Source of the DNA: Faecousia sp.
GTDB taxonomy: Bacteria; Bacillota; Clostridia; Oscillospirales; Oscillospiraceae
Reading direction: 5' to 3'
Assembly (NCBI GenBank): GCA_045637585.1
Contig: JAZTZS010000021.1
Location: forward strand, 20,759 to 84,758
Length of the DNA stretch: 64,000 bases
In this document: positions 37,969-47,763 of the stretch, in pieces
Layout of the letters: every line of letters starts with the position of its first letter
How positions within the stretch are numbered: position 1 is the stretch's first letter
Notes under the pieces: model-generated
Told to the model about the DNA's origin: nothing
Databases searched by the model: none
What the model saw: the letters and a program-made list of their open reading frames with translations, nothing else
Position numbers and translations under genes: made by a program

Positions 37969-40443
37969 ATGCCTAAGAGTTTGTTTGTGGATCCCAACGT
38001 GGTGCGCGCACCCGGCAAGGTCACTTTCAACGACATCCCTGTAAACCAGTACAATAAGACCGTTAAGGAAGAACTGGAGTCCGGTAAGTACACCAAGGAA
38101 GACCTGATTCGTATCTTCCGTGATATGACTGTTCTGCGTGAGTTCGAGACCATGCTGAACAACATTAAGACCCAGGGCGGCTACAACGGCATTGACCACA
38201 CCTATCCCGGTCCTGCTCACCTGTCCATCGGTCAGGAAGCAGCTTGTGTCGGTCAGGCTTACCTGCTGGACGAGAATGACTTCGCATTCGGTTCTCACCG
38301 CAGCCACTCCGAGATTCTGGCAAAGGCTCTGTCCACCATCAACAAGATGAGCGACGAGCAGCTGATGAATGTGATGGAGAACTTCCTGGAAGGTAAGTGC
38401 CTGCGCGCCACCCAGAAGCTGGGCCAGACCAAGGACGTTAAGGATCTGGCTATCCGCTTCATTCTGTACGGTACACTGTCTGAGATCTTTGCCCGTGAGA
38501 CTGGCTTCCATCTGGGCATGGGCGGCTCCATGCACGCATTCTTCCTGCCCTTCGGCATTTACCCCAACAATGCGATCGTTGGCGGCAGCGGCACTATCTC
38601 CACCGGTGCAGCGCTCTTTAAGAAGGTCAACGACAAGAAGGGTATCGTCGTCTGCAACGTTGGCGATGCTTCCATGGCTCGTGGCCCTGTTTGGGAAGCT
38701 CTGAACTTCGCAGCAATGGATCAGTACAAGACCCTGTGGGAATCCCATAACGATGGCATGCCCATTTTGTACAATATCTTCAACAACTCCTACGGCATGG
38801 GCGACCAGACTCGTGGCGAGACCATGGGCCAGGGCTGCATGTCCCGCATCGCTTCCGGCGTCAGCCCCACCCAGTTCCACGCAGAGACTGTTGATGGCTT
38901 CAACCCCTTGGCAGTGATTGATGCTATGGAGCGTAAGCTGGAGCTGCTGCGCAATGGCCAGGGCCCCGTCATGCTGGAAACTCTGACCTACCGCTTCTCC
39001 GGCCACTCTGTCTCCGACCAGAATGCATACCGCACCAAGGAAGAGATGGATGCATGGAAGGAAGTTGATCCCCTGACCACCTATCCCGCTGCCCTGGTTG
39101 AGGCCGGTGTTATGACTCAGGCTGAGGTAGACGCAATCCTGGCTGAGACTAAGGAGCGTATGACCATCATCTGCAAGGCGGCTGCTGATCCTGAAATCAG
39201 CCCCTACTGCGACTTCAAGAAGGATCCTGCTGTTGTTGAGCGCCTGATGTACTCCAACGAGCAGGTCGTGGCTTTCGATGACCGCGCTCCCGAGTTCACT
39301 GTTCCCAAGGAAGAGGCTGAGGGCTACAAGAAGATCAAGTCCAAGAGCCGCAGCCCCATTGGCCCCGATGGCAAGCCTGTTTCCAAGATGAAGCTGTATA
39401 ACCTGCGTGATGCTCTGTCTGAGGTTATCTGGGACCGCTTCTACGAGGATCCCACTCTGATCGCTTACGGCGAAGACTGCCGTGACTGGGGCGGTGCGTT
39501 CGCAGTTTACCGTGGCATGATGGATGCTCTGCCTCACAGCCGCCTGTTCAACTCTCCTCTGGCAGAAGGCGCTATCGTGGGTACCGCTGTTGGCTATGCT
39601 CTGTCCGGTGGTCGTGCGCTGGTCGAGCTGATGTACGCTGACTTCATCGGCTGCGCCGGTGACGAGATCTTCAACCAGATGGCTAAGTGGCAGTCTATGT
39701 CCGCTGGCATCCTGAAGATGCCTCTGGTTCTGCGTGTGTCCGTTGGCTCCAAGTACGGCGCACAGCACTCTCAGGACTGGACAGCACTGTGCGCACATAT
39801 CCCCGGTCTGAAGGTCTGCTTCCCCGCAACTCCTTGGGAGGCTAAGGGCCTGATGGAGACCGCTCTGAAGGGCACTGACCCTGTCGTGTTCTTCGAGTCT
39901 CAGAGAATTTACGACGTGGGCGAGCAGTTCCACGAGGGCGGCGTTCCCGCTGAGCGTTATGAGATCGCCATCGGTGACGTAAACAAGGTTCGTGACGGTA
40001 AGGATGTTACCATTCTGACTCTGGGCGCTGTTCTGTACCGGGCTATGGATGCTGTTAAGACTCTGTCTGAGAAGTACGGCATGGAGGCTGAGGTTATCAA
40101 CCTGCACTCTCTGGCTCCTCTGGACTACACCAAGATTGTTGAGTCTGTCCGTAAGACCGGTCGCGTGGTTCTGGTATCCGATGCCTGCGCACGTGGCAGC
40201 TTCATGAATGATGTTGCCCGTAACATCACCGAGCTGTGCTTCGATGATCTGGATGCGCCTCCTGTCGTAATCGGTGCTAAGAACTGGATCACTCCTCCCT
40301 TCGAGTTTGACGAGTTCTTCTTCCCGCAGGCTTCCTGGATCCTGGATGCCATCAATGACAAGCTGGTTCCGCTGCCCGGTCACGTGTCCACCACCGGATG
40401 CACCGAGGCTGAGCATATCCGCCGCGCTAAGGAAGGTGTGTAA
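37969..40443 (+). CDS. Fused E1 alpha/beta TPP-dependent 2-oxoacid dehydrogenase, substrate unknown
   Basis: Alpha part: HLSIGQEA, GSHRSH, GDA...NN TPP motif and TYRFSGHS. Beta part: YGED, FNSPLAE, ELMYADF, GAQHSQ and DPVVFFE. Confidence 0.9.
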   Translation: MPKSLFVDPNVVRAPGKVTFNDIPVNQYNKTVKEELESGKYTKEDLIRIFRDMTVLREFETMLNNIKTQGGYNGIDHTYPGPAHLSIGQEAACVGQAYLLDENDFAFGSHRSHSEILAKALSTINKMSDEQLMNVMENFLEGKCLRATQKLGQTKDVKDLAIRFILYGTLSEIFARETGFHLGMGGSMHAFFLPFGIYPNNAIVGGSGTISTGAALFKKVNDKKGIVVCNVGDASMARGPVWEALNFAAMDQYKTLWESHNDGMPILYNIFNNSYGMGDQTRGETMGQGCMSRIASGVSPTQFHAETVDGFNPLAVIDAMERKLELLRNGQGPVMLETLTYRFSGHSVSDQNAYRTKEEMDAWKEVDPLTTYPAALVEAGVMTQAEVDAILAETKERMTIICKAAADPEISPYCDFKKDPAVVERLMYSNEQVVAFDDRAPEFTVPKEEAEGYKKIKSKSRSPIGPDGKPVSKMKLYNLRDALSEVIWDRFYEDPTLIAYGEDCRDWGGAFAVYRGMMDALPHSRLFNSPLAEGAIVGTAVGYALSGGRALVELMYADFIGCAGDEIFNQMAKWQSMSAGILKMPLVLRVSVGSKYGAQHSQDWTALCAHIPGLKVCFPATPWEAKGLMETALKGTDPVVFFESQRIYDVGEQFHEGGVPAERYEIAIGDVNKVRDGKDVTILTLGAVLYRAMDAVKTLSEKYGMEAEVINLHSLAPLDYTKIVESVRKTGRVVLVSDACARGSFMNDVARNITELCFDDLDAPPVVIGAKNWITPPFEFDEFFFPQASWILDAINDKLVPLPGHVSTTGCTEAEHIRRAKEGV

Positions 40444-40449
40444 TTTCCC

Positions 40450-41088
40450 GTGGAGATTCAACGCACAGCCAATGCCGGTGTGCTCCTGAAAATGGATGGC
40501 GTGTCCATCCTGCTGGATGGGCTTGCTGATTCGGTGGAAGGGTATATCCCAACACCGGAGACCATCGCCACACAGCTTCTTGTGAATCCGCCCGATCTTT
40601 TGGCATTCACCCATGGTCATGCCGACCATTGCAGTGAAGCGTTGCTTCTTCCATACCGCAAACAGAATCTCCGGCCCATTCTTGGGCCGGAGTCACTGTA
40701 TCTGGGCGCGGTGCGTGTGGGAGCTGTGACCATTACCCCGGTTGCCAGCCGGCATTTGGGGAAGGTAGAGCCGGGATTGCAGCATGTAAGCTATATTGTG
40801 CAGGGAAGCAGGTGCCTGTGGTTTACAGGAGATGCATCCCCGATGCAATGGAAAAACAGGATGGATTTGCCAAAACCGGACATTTTGATTGCCCCCTATG
40901 CTTATGCCAATACAAAATCTGCGTGGGAGCTGTCATGCCAGCTTGCGGAAAAATTGGTGCTGCTGCACCTGCCGGAGCGCAGCTGCGATCCCTACGGCCT
41001 GTGGGCAAGTGTAGAGAATGTAGTTGCAGGAGAGCGCGATGGCAAGCTGTGGATTCCCGAGGTTGGTCGAAATATGCAAATTGAGTAG
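40450..41088 (+). CDS. MBL-fold metallo-hydrolase
   Basis: THGHADH, FTGD and a C-terminal LLH. Confidence 0.85.
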   Translation: MEIQRTANAGVLLKMDGVSILLDGLADSVEGYIPTPETIATQLLVNPPDLLAFTHGHADHCSEALLLPYRKQNLRPILGPESLYLGAVRVGAVTITPVASRHLGKVEPGLQHVSYIVQGSRCLWFTGDASPMQWKNRMDLPKPDILIAPYAYANTKSAWELSCQLAEKLVLLHLPERSCDPYGLWASVENVVAGERDGKLWIPEVGRNMQIE

Positions 41089-41188
41089 AAAATTGGAAAA
41101 ACCTTAGAATGTAGCTCTGCAGATCCATCTGGATACAATACTGATTTGCGATGAGGCAGCCTACCCCTGTAAGACAGTGGATTACACT

Positions 41189-41217
41189 ACCGGGTCCCTT
41201 TTGGGACCCGGTTTTTT
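41189..41217 (+). terminator. Rho-independent terminator
   Basis: accgggtccc-tttt-gggacccggt followed by a T-run. Confidence 0.9.
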
Positions 41218-41290
41218 CTTCTATTAATCACTTTTTTATAAATGTTATCTTGACAAAAAGGAGATTGGTGGTACAGTTATCTTTAAGAAA

Positions 41291-42688
41291 ATGAAAGGTG
41301 TGATGATCGTGAAAAGGCGTAATGAAGATATGCTCCAGGGCCCATTGTTTTCCAGCATCATTCGTTATACCATCCCGATAATCTTGACCAGTATACTGCA
41401 GCTTTTATTTAATGCGGCGGATTTGGTGATTGTGGGGCAATACTGCGGCAGCATTTCCGTGGCGGCAGTAGGTGCTACCGGCTCAATTACCAATCTGATT
41501 GTCAATTTGTTTATAGGCCTATCCGTAGGTGCAGGTGTGACGGTAGCCCAAGCTAAAGGCGGTAAAAACGATACAGAAGTCTACCGGACGGTACATACAG
41601 CACTGCCTGTGGCGCTCATAGGCGGCGTACTGCTGACGGTGGTAGGCGTTTGCTTCTCGGAGACGTTTCTTCAGTGGATGGGCACACCGGATAATGTGCT
41701 GAAGCTGTCTGCCGTGTATATGGAAATATACTTTGGGGGCATTATTTTCTCTTTGATATACAATTTCAGTGCGTCTATTTTACGGGCAGTGGGTGATACC
41801 AGAGGTCCGCTGGTTTATCTGACGATTGCTGGTGTTGTCAATGTGCTGCTGAACATTGTTTTTGTGCGGTTCTTTGATATGAATGTAGCCGGTGTGGCTC
41901 TGGCGACGGTTATTTCTCAGGCTGTTGCTGCGGTGCTCGTCATATTGGCACTGATGCACCGGCCTGATGCCTGCAGACTGTACTTCCGGAAGCTGCATAT
42001 TTATAAGAAGCAGTTATTGAGCATCCTGCGGGTTGGTCTGCCGGCTGGCATCCAAGGGTCTCTGTTTTCCATTTCCAATGTGATGATACAGTCATCTGTC
42101 AATAGTTTTGGCGATGTGGTTATGTCCGGTTATGCGGCCGCCGGTAATATTGAAGGTTTTGTCTGGGTGGTGATGAATGCGTTCCACCAGACGGCCGTGA
42201 ACTTTGTAGGCCAGAATTTTGGAGCCAAACAATATCAGCGGGTAAAGAAGATCCTGTGGATTTGCATGGGTAGTGCTGCTATGGCGGGACTTATGGTAGG
42301 TGTTGCCTCCTATGCGGCAGGGCCTGCGCTGCTGTCCATTTACATCACCGATTCGCCCCAGGCCATTGCCTTGGGCCTGGAACGGATGATCTATATCTGC
42401 ATACCTTATTTTATTTACGGAATGTTGGATGTTACCACAGGCGCACTGCGGGGAATTGGCGCATCTGTATCGCCGATGATTATTTGTGTTCTGGGTATTT
42501 GCGGTTTGCGTATTCTTTGGATCGCTACAATATTCCAGATTCCGGAGTATCACACGCCGCAATGTCTGCTTTTATCCTATCCGGTTAGTTGGATACTGAC
42601 TTTCTTGGTGCAAATATCTGTATTTTTGCTACTGTTCCGCAGAAAAGTAAAAAAGGAACAATGCCTACTGCATAATCCGGCAGAATAA
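41291..42688 (+). CDS. MATE-family efflux transporter
   Basis: LQLLFNAAD..VGQ, LRAVGDT, VAGVALAT and GQNFGA. The start may be GTG 41309. Confidence 0.92.
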   Translation: MKGVMIVKRRNEDMLQGPLFSSIIRYTIPIILTSILQLLFNAADLVIVGQYCGSISVAAVGATGSITNLIVNLFIGLSVGAGVTVAQAKGGKNDTEVYRTVHTALPVALIGGVLLTVVGVCFSETFLQWMGTPDNVLKLSAVYMEIYFGGIIFSLIYNFSASILRAVGDTRGPLVYLTIAGVVNVLLNIVFVRFFDMNVAGVALATVISQAVAAVLVILALMHRPDACRLYFRKLHIYKKQLLSILRVGLPAGIQGSLFSISNVMIQSSVNSFGDVVMSGYAAAGNIEGFVWVVMNAFHQTAVNFVGQNFGAKQYQRVKKILWICMGSAAMAGLMVGVASYAAGPALLSIYITDSPQAIALGLERMIYICIPYFIYGMLDVTTGALRGIGASVSPMIICVLGICGLRILWIATIFQIPEYHTPQCLLLSYPVSWILTFLVQISVFLLLFRRKVKKEQCLLHNPAE

Positions 42689-42699
42689 TAAATCAGAGG

Positions 42700-44091
42700 T
42701 TGAACAGTATGACACTTCAGGATAGGGGAAGTATGCTCCAAGGAGCGTTGGTCGGACCGATTTTTCGGTATGCTATACCGATTATGTTTACCAATCTGCT
42801 CCAGACCATGTTTAGCGCAGCGGATATGGCGGTGGTAGGACAGTTCTGCGGCACCAGTGCACTGGCAGCCGTGGGAGCAACCGGTATGGCCACCACCTTA
42901 TTAGTATACTTTTTCGTGGGTATTTCCGCAGGCGGTGGCATTGCAGTGGCACACGGCTTGGGTGAACACGATGACCAGGCTGTCTTCCGGGCAGTGCATA
43001 CGGCTCTGCCGGTGGCTGTGCTGTGCGGCGTATTTGTGACGGTTGTGGGTATTCTCACCGCAGAACCGTTTCTGCGGATGACCAATATCCCAGAGAATAC
43101 CCTGGCGTCTTCTCTGGTGTATATGCGGATATACTTTGCTGGCAGTATTTTTTCTGTGGTATACAACTTCAGTGCGGCGATATTACGGGCGGCCGGGGAC
43201 TCCAAATCACCACTTTATTTTTTGATAGTTTCCGGTATCACCAATGTGGTGCTCAATATCAACTTTGTGTGCGTATTTGATATGAATGTGGCAGGTGTTG
43301 CTCTGGCCACAATTATTTCTCAGGCGATTTCTGCTGTTCTGGCAGTGCGGACTTTGGTACGCCGTACAGATATCTGCAAGCTTCATATCCGGAAAATGCG
43401 TATTTATAAGGAACAATTGCTGAAGATACTGAGGATCGGTATACCAATGGGTGTTCAAGAATCGCTGTTTTCCATCTCCAGCATCGTTGTTCAGTCTGCA
43501 ATCAACGGATTTGGCGATGTGGTCATGTCCGCCAATACGGCAGCTACCAGCATTGAGAGCTTTGGCTATGCTATGATGAATGCATTTAACCATGCAGCGA
43601 CGAATTTTATCGGCCAGAATTATGGCGCAAAGCAGTATAAGCGGACACTGAAAATATACGGGATTTGTATTGGCTGTGTAGTATTGTTGGGAATGGGTTT
43701 TGCTGTGATGGTAATAACTGTGGGCGAACACCTTTTGTCCCTCTATATTGTGGATTCTGCAGAGGCACTTGCCTATGGCTCTTTGAAGCTGCTGATATCC
43801 GGAATCCCCTACGCGCTGTACGGACTGATTGAGGTTTCTATAGGCGCGCTCTTAGGTTATGGCGCATCGGTAGTATCTATGATTATTTCGGTTTTGTGTA
43901 TCTGTGGAGCGCGGGTTGTTTGGATATATACGGTATTCCAGCTACCCCAGTACCATAGCCCTAAGTATCTGTTCTTGTGCTATCCGCTGTCGTGGCTGAT
44001 TGCGTCGCTATCGGAGGTAACAGCGTTCCTCATTATATACAGTCGGAAGAAAAAAGCAGCTTCCAAGGCTGAAATGCTGGCGGAGACCTGA
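42700..44091 (+). CDS. MATE-family efflux transporter (tandem paralog)
   Basis: LRAAGDS, FDMNVAGVALAT.ISQA and GQNYGA. The start may be ATG 42709. Confidence 0.9.
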   Translation: MNSMTLQDRGSMLQGALVGPIFRYAIPIMFTNLLQTMFSAADMAVVGQFCGTSALAAVGATGMATTLLVYFFVGISAGGGIAVAHGLGEHDDQAVFRAVHTALPVAVLCGVFVTVVGILTAEPFLRMTNIPENTLASSLVYMRIYFAGSIFSVVYNFSAAILRAAGDSKSPLYFLIVSGITNVVLNINFVCVFDMNVAGVALATIISQAISAVLAVRTLVRRTDICKLHIRKMRIYKEQLLKILRIGIPMGVQESLFSISSIVVQSAINGFGDVVMSANTAATSIESFGYAMMNAFNHAATNFIGQNYGAKQYKRTLKIYGICIGCVVLLGMGFAVMVITVGEHLLSLYIVDSAEALAYGSLKLLISGIPYALYGLIEVSIGALLGYGASVVSMIISVLCICGARVVWIYTVFQLPQYHSPKYLFLCYPLSWLIASLSEVTAFLIIYSRKKKAASKAEMLAET

Positions 44092-44129
44092 GCGTAGGAT
44101 TGATATGCTACCGGTGTCGAAAGATGTTC

Positions 44130-44158
44130 TTGACACACAGTGCGCAGCGTGGTATAAT
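44130..44158 (+). promoter_or_regulatory. Consensus sigma-A promoter
   Basis: TTGACA-17-TATAAT with an extended TG. Confidence 0.9.
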
Positions 44159-44162
44159 CGCA

Positions 44163-44441
44163 TAAACCGATGAGGAAGAGAAGTAGGCTTTTTCCCTTTT
44201 CCCCCAGAGAGCTGTAGACCGGTGGAACTACGGCGGAAAACAGAAAGCTGAATGGCCTTCCGAGGGCAATCTGAAATGGCATCGGCCAGAGTATGTGCGA
44301 CGGAGCGGGGCGCTCCGTAATCAAACGCCGGCATATGTTGGTATGCGTTAAGTGGATGCGCTGTAATGGCGTGTCAAGCCGGGTGGCACCGCAGGATTAT
44401 TGTCCTGTCCCAGCTTTTATCTGGGGCAGGATTATTTATTT
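44163..44441 (+). ncRNA. T-box riboswitch leader with a Trp (UGG) specifier
   Basis: Stem I motifs AGTAG, AGAGAGCTG and GGTGGAA; specifier GAA-TGG-C (TGG 44253-44255); T-box AAGCCGGGTGGCACCGC at 44376-44392; terminator tcctgtcccag...ctggggcagga plus a T-rich tail. Confidence 0.9.
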
Positions 44442-44470
44442 GTCCCGAAAAGTGAAAGGAGACAAACATT

Positions 44471-45841
44471 ATGTCAGACAAGAAAATTCCCTACAAAATC
44501 TATTTAGAAGAAAGCGAGATGCCCCAATACTGGTATAATCTGCGAGCGGATATGATCAATAAACCTGCTCCGCTTCTGCATCCTGTTACCCACGCGCCTA
44601 TGACAGCTGAGGAGTTGGGAGAGGTTTTCTGTGATGCACTGGTAGCGCAGGAACTGGATGAAACCAATGCCTATGTGGAAATTCCCCGGGAGATTCGGGA
44701 CTTTTACAAAATGTACCGTCCCTCTCCGTTGGTACGTGCATACTGTCTGGAGGAAAAGCTGCAAACACCGGCAAAGATCTATTATAAATTTGAGGGCAAT
44801 AATACCAGCGGCAGCCATAAGCTGAACTCAGCCATTGCCCAGGCTTATTATGCCAAACAGCAGGGCTTGAAGGGTGTTACCACCGAGACCGGTGCCGGCC
44901 AGTGGGGTACAGCTCTGTCTATGGCCTGCTCCTATTTCGGACTGGACTGTAAAGTGTTTATGGTTAAGAGTTCTTACGAACTGAAGCCTTTCCGTCGGGA
45001 GGTTATGCGTACCTACGGTGCATCCGTCACACCTTCACCGTCCGATACCACAGAGGTAGGCCGGCAGATTCTGGCAGAGTTCCCGGATACCAGCGGCAGC
45101 CTGGGCTGCGCCATTTCCGAGGCTGTGGAGACCGCTGGTAAGCAAGAGGGATACCGCTATGTTTTGGGCAGTGTCCTTAATCAGGTGATGCTGCATCAGT
45201 CGATTATCGGCTTGGAGACCAAGGCTGCATTGGATAAGTACGATATCAAGCCGGATATTATTATCGGCTGCGCCGGTGGCGGTTCCAATCTGGGTGGCTT
45301 GATCGCCCCCTTTATGGGTGAAAAGATTCAAGGAAAGGCCGATTACCGGATTATTGCCGTAGAGCCTGAGACCTGTCCCAGCCTTACACGGGGTAAGTAT
45401 GCCTATGACTACTGCGACACGGGTAAGGTGTGCCCCTTGTCTAAGATGTACACGCTGGGCAGCGGCTTCATCCCGGCAGCCAAGCACGCAGGCGGCCTGC
45501 GGTACCATGGTATGAATTCTGCCCTGTCTCAGCTTTATGCTGACGGTCTGATGGAGGCGGTTTCGCTGCCCCAGACCAAGGTGTTTGCAGCAGCAGAGGA
45601 ATTTGCCCGGGTGGAAGGTATTCTGCCTGCACCGGAGAGTGCTCACGCCATTAAGATTGCCATGGATGAGGCGAAAAAGTGCAAAGAAACCGGAGAGGCA
45701 AAAACAATTGTGTTTGGTCTGACCGGTACAGGTTACTTTGATATGATGTCTTACGAAAAATTCCACGATGGTATTATGACCGATTACATTCCCTCTGATG
45801 AGGAGCTGGAAGCCAGCTTCCGCAAACTCCCTGAGATTTAA
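44471..45841 (+). CDS. trpB2: Stand-alone TrpB2-type tryptophan synthase beta
   Basis: SGSHKLN (PLP Lys), TETGAGQWG, GSLGCAISEA, HAGGLRYHG and PAPESAHA; long N-terminus with WYNL. Confidence 0.93.
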   Translation: MSDKKIPYKIYLEESEMPQYWYNLRADMINKPAPLLHPVTHAPMTAEELGEVFCDALVAQELDETNAYVEIPREIRDFYKMYRPSPLVRAYCLEEKLQTPAKIYYKFEGNNTSGSHKLNSAIAQAYYAKQQGLKGVTTETGAGQWGTALSMACSYFGLDCKVFMVKSSYELKPFRREVMRTYGASVTPSPSDTTEVGRQILAEFPDTSGSLGCAISEAVETAGKQEGYRYVLGSVLNQVMLHQSIIGLETKAALDKYDIKPDIIIGCAGGGSNLGGLIAPFMGEKIQGKADYRIIAVEPETCPSLTRGKYAYDYCDTGKVCPLSKMYTLGSGFIPAAKHAGGLRYHGMNSALSQLYADGLMEAVSLPQTKVFAAAEEFARVEGILPAPESAHAIKIAMDEAKKCKETGEAKTIVFGLTGTGYFDMMSYEKFHDGIMTDYIPSDEELEASFRKLPEI

Positions 45842-45855
45842 GTAACAGCAAATGC

Positions 45856-45889
45856 AAAACCGGACTCTGCTATAGCAGAGGCCGGGTTT
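45856..45889. terminator. Bidirectional terminator
   Basis: aaaaccggactctgc-tata-gcagaggccgggttt. Confidence 0.7.
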
Positions 45890-45905
45890 AGTTGTTGAGG
45901 TGGGA

Positions 45906-46760
45906 TTATTCGTAATCGTAGAAACCGTGTCCGGACTTTTTGCCGTAACGGCCCTGCTGGCACATGTCTTTTATCAGCTCATACCCGTTGGGCTTTGTAC
46001 CGGTATTTTTATACCTGCGTTCGAGAATATCAAAAGCCAAATCGATACCGGTGAGGTCAGTTAATTGGAACGGTCCCATGGGGTGGCTCAAGCCGTTTTT
46101 GCAGGCGATGTCCACTTCCTGGTATGTACAGTAGCCCTGCTCAACAAGCCAGCGTGCTTCGTCGTTGATGGCCTGCAGAATACGGTTAACAACAAAACCT
46201 TCGATTTCCTTCTGGATCATGATAGGGGTTTTGCCTGTGGCCGCGCCAAAATCGCAGAGCTTTTTCGCAACATCTTCCGAGGTGTGTTCGCCTTTGACAA
46301 CTTCTACAAGCTTCATTACCAGCGCAGGGTTGAAGTAATGGAGATTGGCAAGGCGTTCGGGGTGGGAGACATCATCCTTGAACAGAGAGGACACCATACG
46401 GCTGGAATTGGTTGCGATAATGGTATCGTCCCGAACGAGGTCGGAAACCTGCTTGAAAACATTGCGCTTAATATCCTCGCGCTCGACGATAGCTTCAATT
46501 ACCAGGTCGGCATCCTTGACAGCGGCCTCTAATGTGCTGCAGATGGTAAAGTGACTGCGAATGTCTGCAACCTGTTCTTCGGTCATGCGGCCTTTTGCAA
46601 TTCTACCTGCCAAATAACTGCTTTCCCAGGCAGCCAAATCCTTTAAAACAGTTTCGTTGGCGTCAAATATGGTGACGTCAAAGTGGTAAATTGCGGTGTT
46701 TAGGGCAATCTGGCGTCCCATAAGACCGCCGCCGATGACACAAACTCTTTGAATTTCCAT
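45906..46760 (-). CDS. 3-hydroxyacyl-CoA dehydrogenase family protein
   Basis: GGGLMG, VIEAIVE, ATNSS, HYFNP, GFVVNR, HPMGPF and GKKSGHGFY. Confidence 0.92.
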   Translation of the reverse strand: MEIQRVCVIGGGLMGRQIALNTAIYHFDVTIFDANETVLKDLAAWESSYLAGRIAKGRMTEEQVADIRSHFTICSTLEAAVKDADLVIEAIVEREDIKRNVFKQVSDLVRDDTIIATNSSRMVSSLFKDDVSHPERLANLHYFNPALVMKLVEVVKGEHTSEDVAKKLCDFGAATGKTPIMIQKEIEGFVVNRILQAINDEARWLVEQGYCTYQEVDIACKNGLSHPMGPFQLTDLTGIDLAFDILERRYKNTGTKPNGYELIKDMCQQGRYGKKSGHGFYDYE

Positions 46761-46993
46761 TGTGATAGCTCCTTATCAAATGTAATTGGGTTTTATGTTG
46801 CTGTTTATATAGTGGTACTTCGTCTCTGCATGTGACACCTCAAGAGAGGATTCGGTGGCTTGTGGTTTTCCGTAGAATATCTCCAATAATGTCCGGATCT
46901 TCTTCCTACATTATATACACAACTGCAGGGTATTTCAAGTGCAGTATGCCGGTTATTAAAAAAACACGATTATAAATTTTCCCATATTCTCAA

Positions 46994-47677
46994 TTAGTTC
47001 GGCAGGTCCTCATGTACGGAAAGCAGACGAAACCAGGAGCCCTTGCAATCCAGAAAACCCTCTTTACGGAGTTTACTCAGTTCAGCGGACATGGCGCTGC
47101 GTTCCACGCCAAGGAAGTCTGCCAATGTTTGCCGGTCCAATGGAATCGTAAATTCCATAGCATTCTTCTGCTTAGCCTGGTCCAACAGATAGGCAATCAG
47201 CTTTTCTTTAGTGGTCTTTTGGGACATGAACTGCACCTTGCGGCTGAGGAGCAGGTTTTTCTGTGCTACCTCTTGCAGGAGATTTTTGACCAGCATATTG
47301 TGGAAGCCGCAGGCATTTGTACATACTGTGAGCATCCGCCGGCATTCCAGCCACATGACCGTGCAGTCTTGCATAGCAAGCCCACTTAGGGGCATTGTCT
47401 TTACATTGGCACAGGCATAGGACTCAGCGAAGATCTCTCCTTGCTCTGCCACCATCAGAAGACTTCTGTTTCCGTAGAAGTCATCCCGGACGATCTGGAC
47501 AGAGCCTTCCAGTACGAAGCCGATAAATCCGGCGGGATCACCCTCCAAAAAGATAGGGGTTCCTTTTGGGTATGCCTCCACTCTTGCGGCCAGACAATGC
47601 ATCAGGCTACGAAGATTATCCGCACTGATCCCAGAGAATAGGGGGTTCTGCATCAAAAGGTCAAAATATTTTTTCAT
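46994..47677 (-). CDS. Crp/Fnr-family regulator (HcpR-like)
   Basis: cNMP-like domain (GEIFAE) and HTH LDRQTLADFLGVERSAMSAELSKL. AGGAGG RBS before ATG 47677. Confidence 0.9.
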   Translation of the reverse strand: MKKYFDLLMQNPLFSGISADNLRSLMHCLAARVEAYPKGTPIFLEGDPAGFIGFVLEGSVQIVRDDFYGNRSLLMVAEQGEIFAESYACANVKTMPLSGLAMQDCTVMWLECRRMLTVCTNACGFHNMLVKNLLQEVAQKNLLLSRKVQFMSQKTTKEKLIAYLLDQAKQKNAMEFTIPLDRQTLADFLGVERSAMSAELSKLRKEGFLDCKGSWFRLLSVHEDLPN

Positions 47678-47690
47678 AAAAAACCTCCTG

Positions 47691-47706
47691 TGTTGGAAAT
47701 CCAACA
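47691..47706. promoter_or_regulatory. Palindrome TGTTGG-aaat-CCAACA, candidate Crp/HcpR-type site
   Basis: Perfect 6-4-6 inverted repeat in the divergent intergenic region. Confidence 0.6.
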
Positions 47707-47763
47707 TATCGCTTGCGATTAGTATAGTAAAATAAAGCCACAAAGTCAAGGAGGTAAACGACT

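Noticed and set aside
36601-40629. 1,342-aa antisense ORF spanning lpdA and E1
   Set aside because: Antisense shadow of well-supported genes. The same applies to 4816-6600, 28041-29285, 34595-36487 and similar ORFs.
41140-41160. Hammerhead-like CTGA...GATGA
   Set aside because: No contiguous CUGANGA core or correctly placed GAAA.
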